From assembly GCF_036321535.1 (NCBI RefSeq), contig NC_087438.1:10232001-10296000 (forward strand): a DNA stretch of 64,000 nucleotides, in the 5' to 3' direction. The position numbers and the translations under genes were made by a program. Below, in pieces: positions 1 to 12,423 of this stretch. Below the pieces are notes generated by a model that did no database searches, had not been told where the DNA came from, and was given only the letters and a program-made list of their open reading frames with translations. The DNA comes from Camelus dromedarius (Eukaryota). Numbering within the stretch: the first letter of the stretch is position 1; each line of letters begins with the position of its first letter.

Positions 1-120
1 ATGAAGGCAGGTGGACATGCAGATTCAAAGGTGGGATGGGAGGATTAACCAGGATGCCCCACACAGCTAGCGAGGGGCAGAGGTGCTCCCAGGTGTGATG
101 CAGGGTCCCCTGAGGCTGGC

Positions 121-206
121 GTTTCAAATGCAGATTCCTGGGCCCAGCCCCCACCCTGCCAGAACCTCAGCTGGGGGTGAGGATGGGGCTCAGGGTCCAG
201 GAATCT
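121..206. mobile_element. MER5-like hAT-Charlie DNA transposon fragment
   Basis: aaatgcagattcctgggccc...gggtccaggaatctg resembles the MER5A core as I recall it. Confidence 0.5.
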
Positions 207-369
207 GGTCTGAGGACTCACATTAATGCCATTTGAGGTGGAGACTCAACCATGCTCTGCTGTTTGACACTCTCTCAACCACCCTTATTTCAACACCACG
301 TTAAAAAATAGCCACTTATCAATGTCATTTACTGTTGATAGACATGATTTTTTTTTTTCACCTTCCAAG

Positions 370-501
370 TATATGAGCAACGTGGACTCATGGTGCAAAG
401 CGTGTGGCGAGGTGGACCTTCCCTCCGAGCTGCAGGATCTGGAGGACGCCATCCATCACCACCAGGGCATCTACGAGCACATCACCCTGGCTTACTCCGA
501 G
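370..501 (+). CDS. TRIO: TRIO coding exon A (132 nt; YMSNVDSWCK...HITLAYSE)
   Basis: Acceptor ttttttttcaccttccaag|TAT, donor GAG|gtgcgt; lies within ORF 322..525; phase 0/0. Confidence 0.95.
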
Positions 502-1009
502 GTGCGTGGTCAGTTCTTCCAGTAGAAAGCAGCACTGTTTTTGTGTCGTAGCACCGAAAGCTGCAAAAAATTAAAAAACTAGAAAAGAACTTACAGGTTT
601 CGAGTTAAAACTGCATTTTCCTGGTAACTTTTGAACTCGAGTGGGAGGGGAACGGGGGGAAGGATAGTAGGTGAAACGGGGTGGAGGCAGAAAGCAAACT
701 TGTGACATTTGTGGATTTTCTTTAGAGTGCTTAGATTTCTATCTGTTAAAATGAATGAAATTTTAATCTTACCTACTTGTATTTAGGAAATACGTGTATT
801 GTATGTTATTCAGTCCAGTCAAACCCAGTTTAATCTTCTTGAATGAAACCTTCTAGAAAAAAGGGAACCCGATGCAGCCTGTGTTCTGGGTAGCGAGGCA
901 CACACACACTGTTTCTTCAAGTGTGTTAAGCTGCTCGTGGTTTTAGGAATCTAAGTGGGGTGTTTTATTATTTTAGGGTAAATTAATTATTTAACGTATC
1001 CCTGCTTTA

Positions 1010-1205
1010 TTTTCTGCCACCTTCTGTGCCAGGCTTCGTTGTAAGGATGGTATGTAATCACTTACTAAATGCCCCCAACGCTGACCCCTCTTACTGACCC
1101 CACTGTTATGAACGAGGTACCTCGGCACGGCAGTGACGTGACTTGGGCCAGGTCAGCAGCTGTAGGAGGCGGAGTGGGGATGGCAACCCAGGCAGGCTGC
1201 CTGTG
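1010..1205 (-). mobile_element. MIR SINE (degenerate)
   Basis: tgtgccaggc...gtgacttgggccaggtcagcagctg...ggatggcaacccaggcagg resembles the antisense MIR core. Confidence 0.55.
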
Positions 1206-1485
1206 TGCCTTATCACCTGCTAGATGCAGTGGTGACAAATACACATAGGTCCAGGCGTGACACTCTTGTCCACGTCATGGTCACCTGGCCCTTCAGACCA
1301 GTCTGCCTTGACGATGCTGGTTAAGTTCCTGGAGGTGAGTGTGGGTGGGTCGGAATTCTGTGCCTACATGCTTTCTGCATCTATAGTACTGTAGGCTGGT
1401 ATGAAAGATTACTGTCAGGCCTTGGTAAGAAAGTGTTTCAAACCACCTGGAAGAGGCCTGGGCACAGAGTAGGTAGGTGTTACTG

Positions 1486-1631
1486 TGCGGTCAGCCTTCC
1501 ATACCCCTGGATTCTGCCTCCAGGGTCAACTGTGCTGCACCATTTTATATAAGGGATTTGAGCATCCACTGATTTTGGTATCCATGGGGGGTCCTAGAAC
1601 CATTCTCCCTCATTACCAAGGGACAACTATA
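1486..1631 (-). mobile_element. MER2-like Tigger (TcMar) MITE, internally deleted
   Basis: ttatataagggatttgagcatccactgattttggtatccatggggggtcctagaacc...caagggacaactata matches the reverse of the MER2 terminus; both ends appear present. Confidence 0.7.
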
Positions 1632-2744
1632 TTTGAATACAAATATTTAAATCCAGCTCTTCCTTGATTTGAACCATAGCCACACTCGTCAAAGTTATTT
1701 GATCATTTGCTTTTCAATCTGGCCCATCCTGCTTCGCCAAACAGCTGTCACTCTCATGTCCTTGGACCTAGTCTCCTGACCCCTTTGTGTCCATGGGTGA
1801 ACTGAACTACAGTACTTGTTAACAGAATATGGTCAAACCTTCTGCCCATAAGAGTTGATATCTACATGTTTGTTTCTCTAGACACCTATTTGCTTAACAA
1901 GATCCCCCCCTACCATTTTTTTTTTAATTGAAGTATAGTCAGCTTTTTAACATGACTTTATGTTGTCATGGAATTTAAAAAGTCGTCAGCTCTGTGTTGT
2001 GCTTCTGAATTTTGCACCCAGTGTTTATTAGCTAATTTGGTTATCTAGTTTATTAGGGACTACGTAAGTGGTAACTTTTTTAACAGTAAAAGTGAAAATT
2101 GAAGTGGTCTGTAATTTTTTATCATGTTGATTCATGAGGAATATGTGAGTTCCAGAAAACGTTACGTTCTTTGCCCTAGTGTTCTATCCCTGTGTGTCAT
2201 CCGATTTTGACGCAGAAAGTGGATGGATGACCCTGTTATCCATGGTGCAACCAGGCCTTCACTCATCTGCTTACTAGTGATTTTCTCGGGATCTGCTTTT
2301 TCATTGCAGTGGTAGGTTCCAGACCACTGTGGGATCCAACAGCTCACACGCAAGGTGATTGGCAGGATGGGGGACCTACCTCAGACTCAATCTGCCCTGA
2401 CCGATATCATCCTCTGGCCTGGTGACCAGTCTGCCTGCTTGCCTGCATGTCTAGCCAAGTACAGAATTCTCTCCCTGTTTCTACTACCTTCTATAAAAAT
2501 GGGGCATCTTGACACAGGAACTGAGGTTTACCTATGGTGCAGTTTCATTAGATTTTAAGATAGTAATAATAATTTAAAATAATTTGACGGCAAATAAATA
2601 ACTTCCCAGGCTGAGGTCTTAAACCCTAATTTTTAGCCTAAGAACATGTTTGCAGCTGAGCTGTAGATTCAAGGAGACAGTGGTTAGAACTGGCTGAACA
2701 GAGAAGACTTCCAGTAGGTAAGAGTGAGGGTTTTTTTTTTTTTT

Positions 2745-3965
2745 TGGCCTTTCAAATTATTTAAATTTCAAGATATTTTCAGGCCACAGAAAAGTGCGAG
2801 AGCAGAGAGTGTCCACATTCCCTTGAGCAGATAGCCCAGTTTTTAACATGTTCCTACATTTGCTCCGCCCTTTCCCCCATCTCTCTCTCCAGCCATCACA
2901 TGACTATTGACACAACACAAGCATCCTACCGGCCGTCGGCCTCCTTCACGCTGGAACGTTCTTTAGTCTTTCTCTGCCTGGTGTCTTCGACAGTCTCAGA
3001 GACTACAGGCTTTCCGTTCTGTAGGATGACCCACGACCTCCCGGCCCATCCAGTTTTCTAGGGCTGACTGGGGCCGTGGGTCCTGGGATGCTGCCCCTCC
3101 CACAACTGATGGTGTTAACCTAGGCCGCCTGGTGAAGTTGGTGTCTGTAAGATTTCTCCAGTGTAAAATCACCATTAAAATTTTGTCTTTGATGAGCATT
3201 TTGTGGGATGACGTACTGAAATAACACGATGTCTGTAACTCATCGGACTCCGCACGACCTTGGCGTCCACTGGTGATTCTTGCCACGTCAGCTTCACTGT
3301 GATGGCCGTCCGATCGTGGGCACTCATTTCCATCGTTCCTTCTATATTCATTAGGTGATCTGCTGTAAGGGGGAACTTTATTTCCTTTCTTCCCCATTTA
3401 TTTATTAATTCTTAATTTCAGTATGAATTTATCAAACCTCATTATATTCAATGAGTTATAATCCAGTATTCTCTTTCGATGCCTAAATTGTCCACGTTCG
3501 GCCTGCAGGAGCCCCTTTCTGTGTTTTTTTGATCTGTCTGTATCATTTTTTGAGTATTACTTTCTAGCATAGCAGGATGTTCCCAGGCTCATCGTGTTCT
3601 TTCCCTGTCTCACCCCTGAGGTCAGCTGTCTCATGAAGAGGTTCTGGTTCCTTGTAGTGTTGGGTGGTATTTAGAAGCAAAGATCCAGGTATTCAAGGGT
3701 GCTCATTTGATTGTGGGGTGTTGAGCAGACAGTCAGGGAACGTGTACGTAGGTGCCGTCCATGCATCCGTCCGTCCACATTCATCTACAGCTGTGGCTGT
3801 GGCTGTGGCTGTGGCTGTGTCTGTGTCTGTTTTAAAACCACATGTGTCCATACTAACACTTCCATTTCTAATCCAGTATTAGCCTTCCCTTTCTATGTTG
3901 ATGTATCCCCTCTTAAGACAACAAGAAACCTGGCTCCCTTTATACTCAGTATGTTAATTTATTCA
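2745..3965 (-). mobile_element. Old L1 (L1MC-like) 3' region, fragmented
   Basis: Motifs such as ggtgaagttggtgtctgtaagatttctccagtgtaaa and ggatgttcccaggctcatc are typical of L1MC 3' UTRs; contains (GCTGTG)n at ~3789-3830. Confidence 0.55.
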
Positions 3966-5264
3966 TTCAGTTAGTGCCTTTGCTCAACCTTCTCAATCTC
4001 CCAGCCATTCTCACTGGCCTCTCACCACCCGCAGTGCCCACTTCTTTAGAAAATCTGGCCTGGGGACACCTGTTTGGCACCTCCACCCTTCCACTGCCCC
4101 AGACTCCAAGCCCCATTTCCTCTGTGCCAGGAGGGGAGGGGAAGGAAGATGGGAAAGGAAGGGCCATTTTTGTCTTGTAAGTAATTTTTTTCTTTTCCTA
4201 AATGAGTGGTTTTCTAACTTGAGTTTGCTGGCTATAAGCGCACCTTCTCATACTCCACCCCCAGAGACAGAGAATCTTCGTTTTTAACCTGTTTCCCTAG
4301 TGATCCAGGACCCTGATGCCAGGGCTTTACAGCCCCCACACTGAGAGCCATTCCCTGCTGGGCTCTCAAGAGCTGTGTGCCTGCCCTGGGGGCGGGGAGG
4401 CGGGGACTCGGGCAGGCGTTTACCCCACGGAGCTGACTGCGCCCTGCTGTGCATGCCAGGCCTTTAGGAGGCAGACTGTTTATAAGCAGAGCCTGCGCTT
4501 CCTTTTTCTTTTTCTTTCACCTACTTTTCCTTTCCTTCCCTCCTCCCTCCCACCCTTCTTCCTTCTTTTCTTCCACAGTTTTTTTTCTTTAAGCCGTGTC
4601 TACAGTTTCTAGTCTCTGATGACAGAAGTTTGCAGTGGAAACCTTTCCAGCACCCTCTTTTTTTCATGATGCAAACACCTGCTTTCTTGTGCTTTAATTA
4701 GACCTGTCCCATGTTCCTGTTTGTGTTTTAGCAACAGGAGCCTACCTGTGCCTTGTAAACACTTGCTTCAGCTTGCCGGGTCTGGGGCTAAGGCCGTGTG
4801 ATGTAACGGACCACAGGAGAGCCAAGCCCTGGAAGCACCTGGCATCAGCTGTAAGTCCAGATGCAGCGAGGAGAGTAGTCATTTTCACCATTTTATTTTA
4901 AGCAAACGTATCAACTACTTTCTCAACAAACTAAATTCGTAGAAGTGATTTTTATTTCAGTACTCCCGTGCCACCCCATAAACCTCAACAACGGGTATTT
5001 TGAGTTGTGACAGGAGACCGTGTACCGAGTGTCCCCACACCTGCCGTGGTCTTGGCCGTGGCGGCCACAGGCGGCGGTTCCTGGGGCAGAGGAGGTGAGC
5101 CGCCCCGTCCGCCGGGGCCCGCCCTGATCCAGTGTAACTTCAGGGTTTTGTTTCTGCATCAATTTCTTGATTTACCAAATGTGCTGACTTACTGCACACT
5201 TCAGCGGGGCCTCGTGGAACTGACTGATTTGGTGCCTGCAAAGCTGGTCGAGCTCCTTTTAAAA

Positions 5265-5311
5265 ATTTATTTTATTTTATTTTTTATTGAAGGGTGGTGG
5301 ATTTACAATGC
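5265..5311 (-). mobile_element. Ultra-short L1 3'-end stub with target-site duplication
   Basis: T-rich tail plus attgaagggtggtggatttacaatg, flanked by cgagctccttttaaaa (5249-5264) and cgggctccttttcaaa (5312-5327). Confidence 0.6.
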
Positions 5312-7974
5312 CGGGCTCCTTTTCAAAGGAGCTGTACAAGTGATGTTGGCGCAATGAGTGTTATTAGCTTATGAGAAAAGCAAAAAGCAAAATGAGTCAC
5401 CTCAGTAATAAACATCCTAAAATCTTACCTGTGATGTATCACAGCCCACCCACCTTCTTTTGTGCAGCTCTACGAAGCGGTTGTTTGAAAGCCTCATTAA
5501 GCATTGCAGCATCGCTGTGGTACGCGGGTGCTGTTGTCAACATTTGAGCCAGCATCAGAGCCAACAGGCCACATGGCAGTCTCCCTCCTCACCCCCAGAC
5601 TTGAGGCCTTGCAAGGGCTTGAAATATTGGAGCAAAAAACTTCAAGCCCACGTGGAACCTACAGAACACACGTGTTCTCTGCATCCAGGTGACCTCACTA
5701 ATGGGGCTATGCCAGCAGTTTCCTGTTTTGGTCTTGTTTTGGTTTTCCTTGTCTGAGAGCCAGACATGGTTAGATTGGTCTGGTTTTGAGTAAGAAATCT
5801 AATAGCTGAGAGCAGTAAAAATAGGCTTTCAGAGCTCCATTTTAAGAGCTTCGCTGGAAGAAGAACCAGCTCAGAGGAAGCCCTGGCCTCTGAAGGCAAG
5901 GACCCCTGGGCTTGGGGAAGACACTGCCACCTGCATGTGGCCTTTCAGAAGGTCACTGTCCTGTGTTAGTGGCAGCAGCTTGTATGAGGAGCTGTTTTAA
6001 GGCAGGCTGAAATTCCTGCTCAGAGACAGAGTGTGTCTGCCTCTCTGGCTGAGGAGTGTCAACCACACCTGTGTAGTAAGCTGGGTGCTAGCATGCTGAC
6101 CCTTCATCGCTCTTTCCTGCTTTGTTAGAGCCTCGATTTGGAGAAGAGTTCCACAAGAGTGGGAGAGGATGGTGGGGCTGTGGAACATTTCCAGACTTGG
6201 CATGGAGGTCTGTGCCCTGCAAAGGAATCAAAGCAGGTGATGCTGGTTTGAGCTGAATCAAGGAGTGTGATTCATTTTCTAAAACTTCTGAAGAAGGATC
6301 ACCCTTTCTTCATGATGTGCTTGCTGCCTGTAGTCATGTCTGGCCGTGCCTTTATGTAGTCTGCATTTTGCCTGTTTTGATCACACCTTGGGAACGCTGT
6401 CCTAGCACTGCACAGCACCACGCTGGGGCCCAGCTCACCCATCACAGGTCACACTTGCTTCTTGGATGGTGGTTTTTGCCACCTTGAGCAGTAATCTCCA
6501 GGTAACTGGTCTCTTTCTTTAGATCAGAGCAGCGTTCTGTGTGCAAGTGAAGAATATTCCTGCTAGAGATTCTAAGCTCTAATCTGATTTTCTGGTAGCC
6601 CCAAGTACTAGAAATAAGAATAGGCAAGCTTCTGTGAGGGTTGGCGGAACTGTTTTTAGGGTGGTACACAAGAATCCAAGTTACAGATCTTACTCACAGT
6701 TTTAATTAGCATTAAACACTCAGGAACCAGACCGTTGTTCTAGATTTTAAACAGCTAAGTTTCCTCTTAAATATTAGAAGCAAACGTACCTAGGATGTGG
6801 TAAAATTTTAAACTTCAGCCCCTTTTCTGGCTTTATTTGGTACTTGCATTTTTCGTAACTCATTTAGGTATTAGAGCGTGTTAGTTCATGTAAAAAATGC
6901 TACGCTTTATTAAATGTAACTTCCACTGCCCTTCAAGTTGCCAAGCACTGTATTCCAAGAACAAAGGGAAGACTGTGAAAAAATGAGCCCATTTGTTATG
7001 CTTAAAAATTAAAGCATGTAAGTCCTGCTTTTTGATAATAAAGGTTGACTTTTTTTTTTAACAGGTATTGTCCTTTGTGGGACAGGGTTTGACTGCCTGA
7101 AAGCTAAAAACACATTTTTAGACAAAGCATATAACTTTAGTAGATTAATTCACCTGGCTCTATAGTTAAGAAATCCAGAATGATACCGCATACCATAAAC
7201 TTACATGTATTAATTGTTTTGGTACTTAAATTATATGTGAGTATTTTGGCTGCTGTTTTCAGTCTTTTCTTTCATTGATTTTCTGGTTATTCTTACCATT
7301 TAAAAGTCCTTATTTCTGTACAGTAGAGCAGTTCTTTTCATAAAATTCTAGCATATTTTTCCCCACATAGTACTACTGAACTTACAAAGACATTTTACTT
7401 ACAGTTGTTAAAATATGTGGTATCCTATGTATGCTTAAATAATGCCTTTTTAAATTGGCAAATCTGTGAAAGCTACACTGAAATAAAGTAGAATTATATC
7501 TGAAAGCTTTACTGGAGAATTGCTGCACATGAACACGCATTTGGAGTTCCCATGGGGTCTAGTTTCAGTGCAGCAGGTGTCCTCTTACTCAGGATTTTTC
7601 TATCCACTTCTGGCACTGTCTCTACCACCAAATGACAGTATCAACTGTGGCACCGACAGAGATGGTTTCATCCCTGCTTATGAGTTCCCAGAAGGCAGAG
7701 CTCTGCTTAACGTGTTCTTTCATATTAAGGTGATTGTGTGTTCATATGCTTGGTCATTCCCCATCACCCCTCCACCATGAGTAGGCATGTTGTTCTAAAC
7801 CCAGTAATGATACCTGCTCTTGAGCTCTGTCAAACAGTTGCAAAGATACCCAAAGAAGATTAGTTGGAATGTTCTTGTTCAGATTGTTTACTCATTCTCA
7901 GTAGTAGAATATTAATTGTGTCACCTGGATGCCTCTGGAAACTTGGTGAGGGCTGGGAACCCATTTGTCACTTT

Positions 7975-8400
7975 GTTTTGTGGTTTAAGATCCAAAACAA
8001 TGGCTTAAGATAAGAGGTTTGCTTTCTGCCAGTGCAGAAGTCCCAGGGCTTGCATTCCAGGCCTCTGTTAGGAAGAGGATCTCTGTATCCTTTGTCCTTT
8101 TGTTTTGCCTCTTGTAGCAGCTGGGCTGCCATCCTTAAGGCTGCCTTAAGGTCATCAGTAGCTGCTGAAGTTCCAGCCGTCTTTACCAGCTTCTTGGCAC
8201 CAGGGAGAAGAAAAAAGGCAAGGGGACATGAGCAAATTCAGCCTCCTAAACAGCTTTCCTGGAAGCCCATTCAACATTTTTTACTTTTGTATGTCGGCCA
8301 CGCCTATTTGTAAGCGAGGCTGGAAAATGTAGTTTGATGGCTGGGGTGTTGCTGTTTCTGACTGTAGGGGCTTGGCTGTCTCAAGGAGGGGCGAGTGGAC
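7975..8400. mobile_element. MaLR LTR (MLT1-like)
   Basis: aaaacaatggcttaa...gctgctgaagttccagcc...ggccacgcctatttgtaagcgaggctggaaaatgtagtt resembles MLT1J/K. Confidence 0.55.
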
Positions 8401-10620
8401 TCTGGGGAGGCAGCTGTCAGTTTCTGCCACACCTCTGATGTATATCTTTCTGACACATGTTCACCAAGTCATATGCTCTAGCATATATTTCCTGACTGAG
8501 GCATAGTATAAAGGGTAAAACTTGGAGACAATATTTGTAAGGAATTCTTTCTAGGCTCTGTACAGTGTGAAATGTGTGACTTTGAGTATTGGTTCTCAGT
8601 CCTAAGAAATGCTTCACCACCATTGTTTAACTGAAACTTCATGCTGCCTGCTGAAATAAACTGTATAGGTAGTAATCTATTGTCACAAAAATTTATGTGT
8701 ATATACATAAATGACATATATGTTTCCATATAAATTAGAGACAAAGGAAAGGTGATAATATGGTAAAATGTGTGTTTTAGTCTATAAATGCTGAGTATGT
8801 GCACAATATAAGAGAAAAACATTAGATATTCAGATACTGGTAGTTTATATAAAACCATTGTGTTATATTGATGACTCAGATACTGAGAATGGTATTATTG
8901 TGCTGATATTTTGAAATAGTAAGCAGCTCCTGTAAAGTTCAGAAGAAAACCAAGTGCTGTCTTCCTTTGATTAACATGATAATTGCATTCCTGGAAAAAT
9001 CAGTATATGTTAGAGGGGCAAAAAAAAAAAGGAAAAGAAAGAAGAATCATGGTTATATGTTAAATAAAGCCTAGCTCAGATAATTACAGAAAGCAGGACA
9101 ATTCTTCATTTTGAGATAATATCCTGCCGCTGAATCTGTCACAATAAATCTCTTCCCCAGATCAGTCATTGTGCCTACCCTCCCCAAATCATTGTATCAA
9201 AAGTGCCCTTGCAAGTCTCCGTGACTCCGAGGGGCAGCTCCCTGCTTCAGAAGACCTGTGTCTCCACTGTGTGTGTGTACACGTGCCGGACCCAAACTCG
9301 GTGGCTCAGTCGGCTCCTTTGCTCCTGCCCTCTGTGGTTGTGTCAGCTTGGCTCGTTTCCACACCAGCCTTGCGATCTCCATGTATTTGGTCAATTCTAA
9401 TCTCCGAAGGCTGGGAGCCAGCCTTCATAAGAAGTAGTCAGCACTTGCAGCAAAGGTCTCAGACTCAGATATTAGAAAACAAACCTGTTACCTGCCAGCA
9501 CGACTTAAAGTTGTAAGAGGATTAAAGGAACAGGTTAGAAAACTCTACAGGCCTCTCGCTTGCCGCCAGTTTTTGGTTGCTAAAGGCTTCCCTTAGCCTG
9601 TCCCATTCACTCACTCCCCTCTTCCCCTGTCCTGGTGGCTTGCCTCTGAGCCCTGTTTGTGTCTGTTAGCTCGGCTCCTGGTTGCTCCTCCTTTCGGTAG
9701 AAACCCAAGGAGGCTTTCAGATTTGAAGTGTTTGAGCAGAGAGATCATGGTGATGATCAGCAGTCTGATCATATTATTTCTACCTCCTCTGGCAGAATCA
9801 TTCAAAAGGTTTAAGAATCACTTAACTGTAAAAAATACATAATTCTTTTCTTTTCATATTCTACCCTCACCTTTTCTTCTTCTTTTTTTTTTTGGTTAGT
9901 CTCAATACTTTAATTGTACTTGGATAGTTAACGGCTGTAATATAGCACTGCAATCTCCTTTGAAAACTGATGGCATTTAATTAAAATTACTTTTTGAAGT
10001 TAATGAACCAAATAAAATGGCACTTTTTAATTTTCTTTTTATTTTGTGAAGTAAAATTGCTATCCACCTATGTCAGAAAGTTAAAGTACACATTTTTTGC
10101 CTAGTGCTATACTACTGATTTTTTAAAGTGAGGTTTCAATATTCAGCATTAAATTTTCTCCATTGTGATGGTTGTGTTCTCTCTAACATATCTCAAGAAA
10201 ATTATTTCTTTTAAATTTTAATTTGCAGATATCCCAGCAATGCGATTTTTATATCAGCTTATGCATCATTTAAAGCAAAATACTATGTATGTTTGTAAGG
10301 CTAGTGTCTACTACAGTGTTTTATACTAATGAATGTTTTTTTAAAATCTTAACTCGGCTCTACTGTATTTGGTTTCATGATATCATTAGATAGTTGATGG
10401 ATGTGTTTTAAATTTTATTTTGCTCTTTTTAAAATACGCCTTTGAGTAAAACTAAAACTGTGGTTTACATTTGTGTGCAAGTGTGTGTGTATGTGAGCGT
10501 GTGTTGTCTGCACAAGTGTGTGCACACATGTTGGAGGCCAGGCTCTGCAGCACAGCCTGGGCAAAGCTGCAGATGGTGAATAATCGCTCGCTTACAGTCG
10601 CTCTTCTGTTTTGCGGGCAG

Positions 10621-10851
10621 GTGAGTCAGGATGGGAAGTCACTCCTTGACAAGCTCCAGCGGCCCCTGACTCCCGGCAGCTCCGATTCCCTCACGGCCTC
10701 TGCCAACTACTCCAAGGCCGTGCACCATGTCCTTGATGTCATCCACGAGGTGCTGCACCACCAGCGGCAGCTGGAAAACATCTGGCAGCACCGCAAGGTC
10801 CGGCTCCACCAGAGGCTGCAGCTGTGCGTTTTCCAGCAGGACGTTCAGCAG
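10621..10851 (+). CDS. TRIO: TRIO coding exon B (231 nt; VSQDGKSLLD...VFQQDVQQ)
   Basis: Acceptor ctcttctgttttgcgggcag|GTG, donor CAG|gtcagt; lies within ORF 10471..10878; phase 0/0. Confidence 0.96.
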
Positions 10852-11837
10852 GTCAGTTTCACGGAGCCCTTTTCCTAGTCTGTGATGATGAAAATGGATG
10901 GGAGAGAAGAAAACGCGCACAGACACACACGCGCGCATGCACACATGTACACACACACACACCTTGTTCCTTACCACAAGGGAAAGCAGCATGTCGAGGA
11001 CGTGTGTTCAGGCCGCTCTGCCACGTGCTCGTGCGTGCGGAACACAGGAGATGGTGCAGGGCCTAGACCGAGACTCAGTTTTGTTCCTGAAGCAGCTCAT
11101 CCTCAGTTACATTTATTCATGAGAATAATGCCCGTGGCGCTTTTACCAGCGTGTTGCTACAGGTTAAGATTTGTCTGCTCTCTGATTACTTAGTAATAAG
11201 CTAATCACGCTTCTCTCCCACTTGGTGGAGAGTGTAGTCCGAGGTGCCCAGTGGTACTTAATGAATAGTTGTCTCATCAGTGAAAAGTGGACTTTAATGA
11301 CCATTCATTGCTAAGCAGTCGACATCTTTGTTGTTGTTACAAACATAAGGGTCAGCCCAGTCCTCATACTGTTAATTTCCTTGTCATGAGATAAGGAAGC
11401 CTGCCCTGCTACCAGGGTTTTAAGGATTGCAGCTGTGGGCGCTGATAAGATACGATATATCTTTGGTAGTAAATAAGATAACAGTCCTGTCTTTGCCTCA
11501 CAGTGGAGGGGAAAGCAAGGGTTTGAGTGAGGTGCCACTGGGGACGAGGGATTCTGGGTGTGAGGAAGACACGCAGGAGCTCCAGCGTAACACGCCCCAA
11601 GTACCACCTGAAAATGAGGGGGTTTCTGCTGAAGGGGTGCTGAGACCTGTCCTGATGACACGTAGATTCTCCACCTGCACTGACCATCACTCCTCCTGTA
11701 ATGTGAATCTGGTGACTTCCACATCCTTTTAATTGCTCTATAGTTTTTGATTTTCATACAGTATGCTTTGATTCTGCTGATGGTTTGGGAGTTCTCTGAA
11801 GGCTTCATGTACAAAGTGCCTCAGGAATGATCATTTT

Positions 11838-12423
11838 AGTTTTTGTTTATTATTTATTTTTAATTTTTTACTTTTATTGAAGTACAGTAAATTTATAATG
11901 TGTTAATTTGTGGGGTACAACATAGTGATTCAGTTATACATATACATATTCTTTTTCATCATAGGCCATTACAAGGTATTAAATATAGTTCCCTGTGCTA
12001 TACAGTAAGGCCTTGTTTATCTATTTTATATATAGCAGTATTTACAAATCCCAAACTCCCAATTTATCCCTTCCCACCCCTTTCCCCCTGGTAACCGTAA
12101 GTTTATTTTCTGTGACTTTGAGTCTCTCTTTCTTTTGTAAAGAAGTTCATTTGTGTCCCCCCCCTTTTTTTTTTTTTTTAAGATTCCACATGTAAGTGAT
12201 GTTATATGGTATTTTTCTTTCTCTTTCTGGCTTGCTTCACTTAGTATGACAATCTCTAGGTCCATCCTGTTGCTGCAAATGGCATTTCATTCTTTTTTAT
12301 GAGTAGTATTCCATTGTTTACATAGACCACAACTTCTTTATTGGCAATCTGTTGATGAACATTTAGGTTACTTCCATGTACTGGCTGTTGTCAATAGCGC
12401 TGCTGTGAACATTGGGGTGCATG
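11838..12423 (-). mobile_element. 5'-truncated L1 3' end (cetartiodactyl-type) with 17-bp TSD
   Basis: Poly(T) tail then attgaagtacagtaaatttataatg...agattccacatgtaagtga...gaacattggggtgcatg; TSD tcaggaatgatcatttt (11821-11837) and tcaggaacgatcatttt (12424-12440). Confidence 0.9.

Noticed and set aside
2290..2360. Possible cryptic exon (ttttcattgcag|TGGTAG...CAAG|gtgatt)
   Set aside because: Weak donor and no other support.
9745..9775. Box C (GTGATGA) and box D (CTGA) motifs with a small palindrome
   Set aside because: The boxes are only ~7 nt apart, far too close for a C/D snoRNA.
10880..11095. GTGATGA downstream of exon B as a possible snoRNA start
   Set aside because: No box D at a plausible distance and no terminal stem; the intervening sequence is a CA repeat.
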